NCBI GenBank assembly: GCA_964355035.1
Contig: CAYHCU010000003.1
Span: 1-42,123, forward strand
DNA length: 42,123 bases
Origin: an uncultured Flavobacteriales bacterium
GTDB lineage: Bacteria; Bacteroidota; Bacteroidia; AKYH767-A; 2013-40CM-41-45
Direction of reading: 5' to 3'
Shown here: positions 19,265 through 27,196 of the stretch, piece after piece
How positions within the stretch are numbered: position 1 is the first letter of the stretch
Layout of the letters: every line of letters starts with the position of its first letter
Notes under the pieces: generated by a model
Databases searched by the model: none
The model's input: only the letters and a program-made list of their open reading frames with translations
Told to the model about the DNA's origin: nothing
Made by a program: the position numbers and the translations under genes

Positions 19265-19557
19265 TCCTTTATGGCTTGTTCAATTTTTCGAATCATCACA
19301 GGGGCAATGTCAAACCCTCGGATGCGCCAGATTTCTTTTTTGTCGTGAAAGAGTATAAAGGTTGGAACACTCATGACCATATATTCTTTTGCAATGTCAG
19401 GAAAATGATCGATGTTGATTTTTTCTAGTTGAATTTCCCCGTTAAAATGTTTGATTACCTCTTCAATTATTGGCAGGGCCCACTTGCAAGGTTCGCACCA
19501 ATCAGCATAAAAATCGACGAGAATAAATCCGCCGCCGGAAGGAAAACTAGTCGCCAA
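19243..19557 (-). CDS. Thioredoxin family protein (WCEPC; probable TTG start at 19557 or 19563)
   Basis: LVDFYADWCEPCK, KINID and VMSVPTFILF. The ORF-track start at 19638 overlaps the upstream gene. Confidence 0.85.
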   Translation of the reverse strand: MATSFPSGGGFILVDFYADWCEPCKWALPIIEEVIKHFNGEIQLEKINIDHFPDIAKEYMVMSVPTFILFHDKKEIWRIRGFDIAPVMIRKIEQAIKEFRNSDL

Positions 19558-19568
19558 AACCAACAGAA

Positions 19569-20966
19569 TTAAATTGTAGCAAGCCCGGAAGGAGCCCCAA
19601 TTGAAACAGGAACACCGGAGTCTTTTATTGTGTTCCAACCTTGGTGAACATTAATTACATTATTAAAACCCTTTGCTTTCAATAAAGAGGCCGCAATCAT
19701 TGACCGATATCCACCGGCACAATGAACATAAACAGTTTCGTTTTTTTGGATATTGCCGGTGTTCTCTGAAAGTTCATTAAGAGGAACAACCAAAGCGTTT
19801 GTAATATGGCCAGCTTCCGCCTCTGAGAATTTTCTTACATCCAAAACTTTTGCCCCTTCGTTTACTTTAGCAACAAGCTCATTGGGCTCAATGGAGTTGA
19901 TTCTGTCTGTTTTTTTCCCTGCGTTTTTCCATGTATTAAATCCGCCGGAAAGAAAACCGGCAACATTTTCATATCCAACTCGAGCCAGACGCAAAATACT
20001 TTCTTCCTCTTTGTTCTCGTCGCAAATCAAAACAAGATTTTTTGTAATGTCAATTACGGTGCCCACCCAAATAGCAAACATTCCATTTAAGCCAATGTTT
20101 ATTGAGCCCGGAATAAATCCTTTTTCAAAATCGTCCGGATTGCGCGTATCCAAAACCAAGGAGCCATGAAGCATGGCGTCTTCTACATCATTTGAAGAAA
20201 GCGCTTTTCTGTTTCTTGTCAGAACAGAGTCGAGCGAGGAGTAGCCGATTTTATTAATTCGGGCATCACTAAAAAAATATGCCGGCGGAGCAGTAAGACC
20301 TTGTGTTAGTTCTTGGATGAATGCCTCCTTTGACATTTCTTGCAAAGCATAATTGGTTGCTTTTTGATGTCCGATTGTACTAAACGTTTCCTTGCCTAAA
20401 TTTTTTCCACACGAAGAGCCGGGACCGTGCGCCGGATAAACAATAACCTCATCGGGCAACGTTTTGATTTTTGTTTTCAATGATTCGTACATCATTCCCG
20501 CCAACTCTTCCTTACTCATTTTTCCATCGAGCAAATCAGGACGACCAACATCACCAACAAAAAGGGTGTCGCCTGTAAAAATGCAATACTCTTGATAGTT
20601 TTTGTCTAGCAATAAAAAGCAGGTAGATTCAGGAGTGTGGCCCGGAGTGTGAATAGTTTTAATTGTCAACTCGCCCAGCTTAAACTCTTCTCCATCTGTT
20701 GCTGTGTGGGTTTCATAATCTGTTTTTGCTTTCGGGCCAAAAATTATTGTCGCGCCGGTTTGATGTGCAAGATCGATATGACCACTAACGAAATCTGCAT
20801 GAAAGTGTGTTTCAAAAACATATTTAATGCGAGCGCCGCGACTTTTTGCTAACTCTAAATAGGGGCTTGTTTCTCGGATAGGATCAACAATAGCAGCTTC
20901 ACCGTTCGATTCAATATAATAAGCCGCCTCGGCCAAACAATTGGTGTAAAGTTGTTGAACGTACAT
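19569..20966 (-). CDS. MBL-fold persulfide dioxygenase fused to two rhodanese domains (CstB-like)
   Basis: ETHFHADFVSG, HTPGHTPES, TGDTLFVGDVGRPDL and PAHGPGS motifs, a degenerate first rhodanese and an active-site HCAGGYRS in the second. Confidence 0.9.
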   Translation of the reverse strand: MYVQQLYTNCLAEAAYYIESNGEAAIVDPIRETSPYLELAKSRGARIKYVFETHFHADFVSGHIDLAHQTGATIIFGPKAKTDYETHTATDGEEFKLGELTIKTIHTPGHTPESTCFLLLDKNYQEYCIFTGDTLFVGDVGRPDLLDGKMSKEELAGMMYESLKTKIKTLPDEVIVYPAHGPGSSCGKNLGKETFSTIGHQKATNYALQEMSKEAFIQELTQGLTAPPAYFFSDARINKIGYSSLDSVLTRNRKALSSNDVEDAMLHGSLVLDTRNPDDFEKGFIPGSINIGLNGMFAIWVGTVIDITKNLVLICDENKEEESILRLARVGYENVAGFLSGGFNTWKNAGKKTDRINSIEPNELVAKVNEGAKVLDVRKFSEAEAGHITNALVVPLNELSENTGNIQKNETVYVHCAGGYRSMIAASLLKAKGFNNVINVHQGWNTIKDSGVPVSIGAPSGLATI

Positions 20967-20986
20967 TTTGTGTGTTTTGAGTGCAT

Positions 20987-20994
20987 CAAATATA
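20987..20994 (-). promoter_or_regulatory. -7 promoter element for the MBL-rhodanese/thioredoxin unit
   Basis: TATATTTG on the minus strand, 20 nt upstream of the ATG. Confidence 0.5.
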
Positions 20995-21082
20995 CAAAAC
21001 AGTAAGCGTCTGTAATTGTTTTGATTGATGATTGCTAAAAGAAATTGCTCAAACGCTTTTTTTTACGACCTTTCCAGCACCC

Positions 21083-22039
21083 ATGAAAACGGAAAACGCC
21101 TCCAAAAGTTCAGCAATTCCGAAAAAGGTAACAGCGACGTTATTTTTTTTGTTTTTGGGAATGATCGTGTTTTTAAATATATCGCCATCACTTTCACTTT
21201 TGATTGGATTAGCGATTGGAATTTTTACCGAAAATCCTTTCGTAAAAAAATCAAAAGTCGTTACCAAGTATCTTTTGCAAGGAGCTGTAATCGGTCTTGG
21301 ATTTGGGATGAACTTTACATCGGTGATGGCAGCCGGAAAAGACGGCTTTGTTTTCACTCTTCTTACAATTTCATCGGCAGTAGGACTGGGGTTTGTTTTA
21401 GGTAAAATTTTGAAAGTAGAAAGAATTATTTCTTATTTGATTAGTATTGGAACGGCAATTTGTGGCGGAAGCGCCATAGCTGCAATCAGCCAGGTTGTAG
21501 ATGCAGACGAAAAAGATATTTCGATTTCGATTGGAACTGTTTTTATTTTGAATGCCGCAGCGCTATTTATTTTTCCTCCGATTGGACATTATTTCGAATT
21601 AACACAACAACAATTTGGGATTTGGGCAGCAATTGCAATTCATGATACGAGTTCTGTAGTGGGAGCGGCTTCAAATTATGGTAACGAAGCGCTGCTAATT
21701 GCAACTACAATTAAACTGGCTAGAGCCTTGTGGATAATTCCAATGGCGCTGTTGACATCGTTTGTTTTTAAAAAGCAAAGTTCGGCCTCGGCATTTCCAT
21801 GGTTTATTTTGTTTTTTATTTTCGCTTCAATTGTCAATACATACATAGAGATTCCTGAATTTATAAAGTCCGGAATTCTTGTACTTTCAAAGATTGGATT
21901 TAGTGTCACCTTGTTTTTAATAGGGACGGGTATTTCATTGAAAAACATAAAAGCCGTTGGACCGCGACCATTGTTACAAGGAGTAATTTTGTGGATTATA
22001 ATTTTATCCAGCTCGTTGTTTTTTGTAATGCATTATTGA
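21083..22039 (+). CDS. YeiH/UPF0324 family putative sulfate exporter (start reassigned to MKTENASK)
   Basis: GTAICGGSAIAA, IHDTSSVVGAA and KLARALWIIP motifs; about 10 TM segments. Confidence 0.9.
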   Translation: MKTENASKSSAIPKKVTATLFFLFLGMIVFLNISPSLSLLIGLAIGIFTENPFVKKSKVVTKYLLQGAVIGLGFGMNFTSVMAAGKDGFVFTLLTISSAVGLGFVLGKILKVERIISYLISIGTAICGGSAIAAISQVVDADEKDISISIGTVFILNAAALFIFPPIGHYFELTQQQFGIWAAIAIHDTSSVVGAASNYGNEALLIATTIKLARALWIIPMALLTSFVFKKQSSASAFPWFILFFIFASIVNTYIEIPEFIKSGILVLSKIGFSVTLFLIGTGISLKNIKAVGPRPLLQGVILWIIILSSSLFFVMHY

Positions 22040-22065
22040 GGGGGATTGGGAGAGTTTTTTTGTCC

Positions 22066-22125
22066 CGCAGAATGGCGCAGATTTTCGCAGAAGCGTGTCA
22101 GAATTTTTCACTTTTCACTTTTCAT
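22066..22125. repeat. Composite simple-repeat element: CGCAGA x3 (10-bp period) + TTTTCAC/T x3
   Basis: CGCAGA at 22066, 22076 and 22086; TTTTCAC at 22105 and 22112; TTTTCAT at 22119. Lies between convergent genes. Confidence 0.65.
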
Positions 22126-22162
22126 TTTTTACAACTATTCATTGCCCCCCTAAAACAAAATA

Positions 22163-22441
22163 CTATTTACCCGGTTGCGAAGTAAAGGCATAGATTGTTC
22201 CAAAAACAACAAAGTAAAACGTAAACCAAAGAAGTAAAACTAGGGTAAAGGTTGTTCCGGAAATTGCAATTCGCAAAACGTTGATCGCGTTGATAAATTT
22301 TCTGTTTCGTTTTGGCCGCTCTTTTTTTTGTGGTTCAATCATTGAAAAATGATAAGCGTCTTCTGCAAACCCCTTGTTTTGATAAATACTTTCGAAAGAC
22401 AAGGTTCTTTTGTTGGCGAGTTTTAAAATAGATGTTTTCAT
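22163..22441 (-). CDS. Small hypothetical protein with C-terminal TM helix
   Basis: ATG with an A-rich upstream sequence, a TAAATTTG -7 box at 22461-22454, and a basic stretch followed by a hydrophobic helix. Confidence 0.55.
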   Translation of the reverse strand: MKTSILKLANKRTLSFESIYQNKGFAEDAYHFSMIEPQKKERPKRNRKFINAINVLRIAISGTTFTLVLLLWFTFYFVVFGTIYAFTSQPGK

Positions 22442-22689
22442 TTGTTTTTTTTACAAATTTATAGTCAAATTGAATGATTTGTTTTAAGGCAACACTATCA
22501 TTGTGTTAAGCAATATGTTGCCCCTTCTTTTTTCAAATTTGTAGTGTAAGATTAAAGCTTTTGTTTTCTAAAAACCCTCGGAAAGCCCCGATAATACTCG
22601 AGTTTAACTTTTCAATCTCCTGTAAGTTGCAACTTTTTAAGGGTGAATAGAATTGAAAAATGGGTAGAAATAATAATTTTATTGGGCTA

Positions 22690-22719
22690 TTGACAAATTT
22701 TCTCGGCGGGTTATTTTTG
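22690..22719 (+). promoter_or_regulatory. Bacteroidota sigma-A type promoter for the 1302-aa gene
   Basis: TTG (22690-22692) - 19 nt - TATTTTTG (22712-22719). Confidence 0.6.
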
Positions 22720-22872
22720 TTATATAAGGTTTGCTCTTGTTGAAGAAATGAGCATACTATTATTACATCTGTTAGAAACAGAGCAAGATTGAAAGAAAAC
22801 ACCAAAGAGGGTCTCTGCGAAAGGCATCAGCGGTAATTTATCAAAGCCATAAAAATAAAAACAAAACAAAAT

Positions 22873-25800
22873 ATGCAAACAATTACTCAAACAGCAAGCC
22901 GATCTTTCGTCATGATGATGATTGTAATGTTAATTGGCTTATCTCAAAGTAGCGGGCAAAATTATTCAATGGCGACTCAAAACTGTGTTGCAACGGCAAA
23001 TAGAATTGAGTTTGACGTATTCTTGAATAATGCCGGTCCGGCTTCAATGCAGATAAACTCAACGGTAATCCGTTGTACGTTTGGTGCAGCGATTCTTCCT
23101 ACTACAGGAGTGAATACCACTACAATCGGCTTTGTTAATGATGGACAATCAAACATTCCACTATTATGGCCACCGAATCTTGTACCGGCATTTACGTACA
23201 CTGCCGGCATACGTCAGTTTTCGGTTTCCACCAATACGGGTACCTACTTGAATGGTGGAACATGTGCCGCACCTAGTGTTCCAATTGGCGGATCGATTAA
23301 ATTAGGTCGCTTTTTTATTCAGAATTCTCAAAATTTTGTTGCCGGTGCTCCCGTAGGCTTAACCTGGGTAGCATCATCATCCGCAATTGTTTATTTGAAC
23401 TGTTCCGGTACAGTGTCTTCGGCGGCTGCGTTGGTGAAAACATTGTCAACCCCTTGCGTACTTACTATTCCAAGCAGTTGTGCAATTTCGGCTTCAATTG
23501 AATCCCAAATCGACAACGTTTGTTTCGGTGGTAATACAGGTTCTGCAACAGCTACTTCTACTGGTGGCGTTGCTCCGGTAACCTACTCTTGGAATACAAT
23601 ACCTGTTCAAACAGGTGCAATAGCGTCTAACTTAGCAGCAGGAACGTATACCGTAACTGCAACCGGAGCTGATGCATGTGCAACAACAACAACAGTAACA
23701 ATTACAGCTCCTTTAGCTCCTCTTACAACATCAACAACTGCATCTGCGTGCGGTAGTTTTGTTTGGCCTCTAAACGGACTTACTTATTCTGCGAGTGGTG
23801 TTTATGTAGTTCATACGACATCAGGTTCAGGTTGTGATATTGCGAATACACTGGATTTAACAATCACTCCGAACACAACAAACACAACTACAGCATCTGC
23901 ATGTGATACTTACACTTGGACAGCAAACGGTCAAACGTACACTACCAGTGGAACTTATACATCAGTAACGGGTTGTCATACAGAAATTTTAGAACTTACA
24001 ATCACACCAAGTACATCAAACACAACTACAGCATCAGCTTGTGATACGTACACTTGGGGAGTAAATGGTCAAACGTACACTGCAAGTGGAACTTACACTT
24101 CAGTTACAGGTTGCCATACAGAAGTATTGAATTTAACAATCACACCAAGTACATCAAACACAACTACAGCATCAGCTTGTGATACGTACACTTGGGGAGT
24201 AAATGGTCAAACGTACACTGCAAGTGGAACTTACACTTCAGTTACAGGTTGCCATACAGAAGTATTGAATTTAACAATCACACCAAGTACATCAAACACA
24301 ACTACAGCATCAGCTTGTGATACTTATTCTTGGACAGTAAATGGTCAGACTTACACTGCAAGTGGAACTTATACTTCAGTTACAGGTTGCCATACTGAAA
24401 TTTTAAACCTTACAATTACACCGGGCACATCAAACACAACTACAGCATCAGTCTGTGATTCTTATTCTTGGACAGTAAATGGTCAAACATACACTACAAG
24501 TGGAACCTACACTTCAGTTAGTGGTTGCCATACTGAAATCTTAGTACTTACAGTTAATCCTACACCGGCAACACCGGTTGTAACTGTAGCGAACAATTGT
24601 AATGCAACAGCAACACTGTCTACAAGTGCATTAGGTTCATTATTATGGAGCAATGGTTCAACATCATCTAGTATCAATGTTACGGTTGGTGGATCATATT
24701 CGGTAATCGCAACAATGAATGGTTGTTCTTCAGGTGCAGGTTCTGCAATTGCAGCTCCGGTTCCGGTATTGGTTGCTTCTGCTTCCGCAGGTTCAATCGT
24801 ATGTTTCGGTGGATCAACATCGGTAGTTATTTCAGCAGCAGGCGGAACACCGGCTTATGTAGGAACAGGTTCGTTCACGCAATTCGCAGGTACAATGTCT
24901 TACACTGTTACAGATGCGAACGGATGTTCATCATCTACTTCAGTAACATTGTCTCAGCCTACAAAAGTTGAAGGAACAACAAGTACAATCGCAAGTGGTT
25001 GTGCAGGAAATACAGGAAGTGCAACAGTTGCGGCTACTGGCGGTTCGGGAACGTATACATATTTGTGGTCAAATGGGCAGACGACTTTAACAGCAACAAG
25101 TCTGGCTATAGGTAATTACACCGTTATTATTACTGATGGAAGTGGCTGTACCGGTTCGGCATCAGCAACAGTATTGGGAGCAGGTGGTTCGCCGGCAACG
25201 CCTGATGCAATAAATGGCGCAGGTAGCGTTTGTCGCAACTCGGTTGGTTTAGTTTATTCTGTTAATCCTGTTTTCGGCGCAGCTTCTTATGTTTGGACAT
25301 TACCTTCCGGTATAACAGGAACATCAACATCAAATTCAATTACTGTTAGTGTGTCATCAACATATGGCGGAGGATTTATTTGTGTCGCTGCGGTTAATCC
25401 ATGCGGAACAAGTTCTGCCAGCTGCATGAATCTACCGGTCATTGCAACATTTCCATCTCAGCCGTCAAGCATCGTCGGACCTGCAATTGCATGTGGACCC
25501 GGAACGTACACGTATTCAACAACAGCAACAAACGCTCTTGGTTTTACATGGACATTAACGGGTAGTGGAGCATTAATCGTAAGTGGACAAGGAACAAATT
25601 CAATCGAGGTGAGTGTACCTGCGGGGTTTGGTCAGGGTTCTGTTCAGGTTATAGCAAACAATTGTTACGGAAATAGTGCCGTAAGAGGTATGACGATTAC
25701 AGGAATTCCTACACACTCGAATGCTGTAAGCGGACCGTCTTATGTTTGTGCAGGAAATACAGCAACTTACACTATGGGAATAGTACAAGGTGTAAGTACG

Positions 25801-26781
25801 TATACTTGGACATCAACAGGAGACGCGACGCTATTAAGCTCTAGTGTTTCAGGAAATTTAATTTCAGCAACATTTAGTTTTGGTCCACTTTGGACATCAG
25901 GAAATATCACGATTACGGCAAGTAACTCATGCGGAAGTTTTGCAAGAACATTTGTGGTTCGTTCAACACCTACTCAACCGGGAGGAATTACCGGTCCTGG
26001 TGCAGGGTTATGCGGACTTTCAAATGTTGGTTATTCTATTGCAGCAGTAGCAGGTGCAACTTCTTATACATGGTCGGTGCCGGTTGGTGTTTCAATTGTT
26101 TCAACAGCTCCAAATGGTTTGTCTATTGTTGCGAGTTTCTCACCGTTGTTTGTTTCAAACTCTGCAAACATTTGTGTGACTGCCAATAACTCATGTGGAG
26201 CAGGAGTGGCTCGTTGTTTTGCAGTGACTTCTCGTCCAATAGCACCGACAATCACCGGTCCGATAGCAGTTTGTAAAACAAATTCGGCGATTCTTTATTC
26301 GATAGCACCGGTTGCAAGTGCAACATCTTACGCATGGTCTGTTCTTGGTGGCGCTTCAATTAGTCCTGCCGGAACCAGTGCAACGATTAACTACAATACA
26401 GCAACAACAACTTCTGCGGTTTTAAGAGTAAACGGACTGAACGCTTGTGGTGCTTCCCAACCGGGAGTATTAACCGTGAATGTTAGTTTGTTCTGCCGTA
26501 CCTCAGCAGAAGACATGTTAGGCTTAACTTCTGAAATGAGTGCATACCCGAACCCAACATCAGGAAAAGCGACAATCACATTCACTGCTGATAAAAACGC
26601 AAAATATTCTTTGAAGGTGATGGACATGATTGGAAATACGATTCAGACAGATGTCATTCAGGCAACAGAAGGAATGAATACGAAAGACCTTGATTTTGTA
26701 AATGTTGCGAAAGGGCTTTACATGGTTAGTCTTTCGAATGAAAGTGGTAAGAATGAAACGATTAAGCTGATTATTCAGTAA
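22873..26781 (+). CDS. T9SS type A cargo surface protein: cohesin-like head, SprB-like repeats, 5 x 46-aa repeats, PKD/Ig-like domains
   Basis: Signal peptide, SprB-like (CFGGNTGSAT..GGVAPVTYSW..AGTYTVT) repeats, PKD-like repeats, and a CTD (YPNPTSG..DMIGN..KGLYMV..TIKLIIQ). Confidence 0.9.
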   Translation: MQTITQTASRSFVMMMIVMLIGLSQSSGQNYSMATQNCVATANRIEFDVFLNNAGPASMQINSTVIRCTFGAAILPTTGVNTTTIGFVNDGQSNIPLLWPPNLVPAFTYTAGIRQFSVSTNTGTYLNGGTCAAPSVPIGGSIKLGRFFIQNSQNFVAGAPVGLTWVASSSAIVYLNCSGTVSSAAALVKTLSTPCVLTIPSSCAISASIESQIDNVCFGGNTGSATATSTGGVAPVTYSWNTIPVQTGAIASNLAAGTYTVTATGADACATTTTVTITAPLAPLTTSTTASACGSFVWPLNGLTYSASGVYVVHTTSGSGCDIANTLDLTITPNTTNTTTASACDTYTWTANGQTYTTSGTYTSVTGCHTEILELTITPSTSNTTTASACDTYTWGVNGQTYTASGTYTSVTGCHTEVLNLTITPSTSNTTTASACDTYTWGVNGQTYTASGTYTSVTGCHTEVLNLTITPSTSNTTTASACDTYSWTVNGQTYTASGTYTSVTGCHTEILNLTITPGTSNTTTASVCDSYSWTVNGQTYTTSGTYTSVSGCHTEILVLTVNPTPATPVVTVANNCNATATLSTSALGSLLWSNGSTSSSINVTVGGSYSVIATMNGCSSGAGSAIAAPVPVLVASASAGSIVCFGGSTSVVISAAGGTPAYVGTGSFTQFAGTMSYTVTDANGCSSSTSVTLSQPTKVEGTTSTIASGCAGNTGSATVAATGGSGTYTYLWSNGQTTLTATSLAIGNYTVIITDGSGCTGSASATVLGAGGSPATPDAINGAGSVCRNSVGLVYSVNPVFGAASYVWTLPSGITGTSTSNSITVSVSSTYGGGFICVAAVNPCGTSSASCMNLPVIATFPSQPSSIVGPAIACGPGTYTYSTTATNALGFTWTLTGSGALIVSGQGTNSIEVSVPAGFGQGSVQVIANNCYGNSAVRGMTITGIPTHSNAVSGPSYVCAGNTATYTMGIVQGVSTYTWTSTGDATLLSSSVSGNLISATFSFGPLWTSGNITITASNSCGSFARTFVVRSTPTQPGGITGPGAGLCGLSNVGYSIAAVAGATSYTWSVPVGVSIVSTAPNGLSIVASFSPLFVSNSANICVTANNSCGAGVARCFAVTSRPIAPTITGPIAVCKTNSAILYSIAPVASATSYAWSVLGGASISPAGTSATINYNTATTTSAVLRVNGLNACGASQPGVLTVNVSLFCRTSAEDMLGLTSEMSAYPNPTSGKATITFTADKNAKYSLKVMDMIGNTIQTDVIQATEGMNTKDLDFVNVAKGLYMVSLSNESGKNETIKLIIQ
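23860..24549 (+). repeat. Coding tandem repeat, 5 x 138 bp (46 aa)
   Basis: Units start at 23860, 23998, 24136, 24274 and 24412. Units 2 and 3 are identical at the DNA level. Confidence 0.95.
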
Positions 26782-26805
26782 TAATCGGTTTACCGGAAGC
26801 AATTG

Positions 26806-26846
26806 AAATGGGGCGACAAATTTAGGTTTGTCACCTCATTTTTTTT
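26806..26846 (+). terminator. Intrinsic terminator after the 1302-aa gene
   Basis: AAATGGGGCGACAAA-TTTAGG-TTTGTCACCTCATTT followed by a T run. Confidence 0.8.
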
Positions 26847-27196
26847 GTGATGGGATAAGACCACAAGAAAGGGCGTGCCGAACGACCTTTCCGTTTTAGA
26901 GAAAAATGACGTCATAAAAAGCTCGTGCAGGTCAACTATTCCGTCAACGAGCCCCGTAGGTGGGTGAACAGTTATTCTAATATATTGTAAAATTTCGCAA
27001 TTAATGCTTTCAATTTAAATCCTTTCACTATCTTGTTTGCCCGTTTGATTGGGTGCATTTGAAATCATTTGATTGGCAGGCTTATTTATGATTTAATGCA
27101 CACCTAATGTTGGTTAGATAGATTAACGCTTACTTTGTAAACTTAAACGAAAAAGTGGCTGAGTATAGGGCTATTGAGTCGTTAAAAATAGAACAG

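Noticed and set aside
22533-22805. 90-aa minus-strand ORF
   Set aside because: It overlaps the predicted promoter and leader of the 1302-aa gene, has a non-ATG start and has low-information composition.
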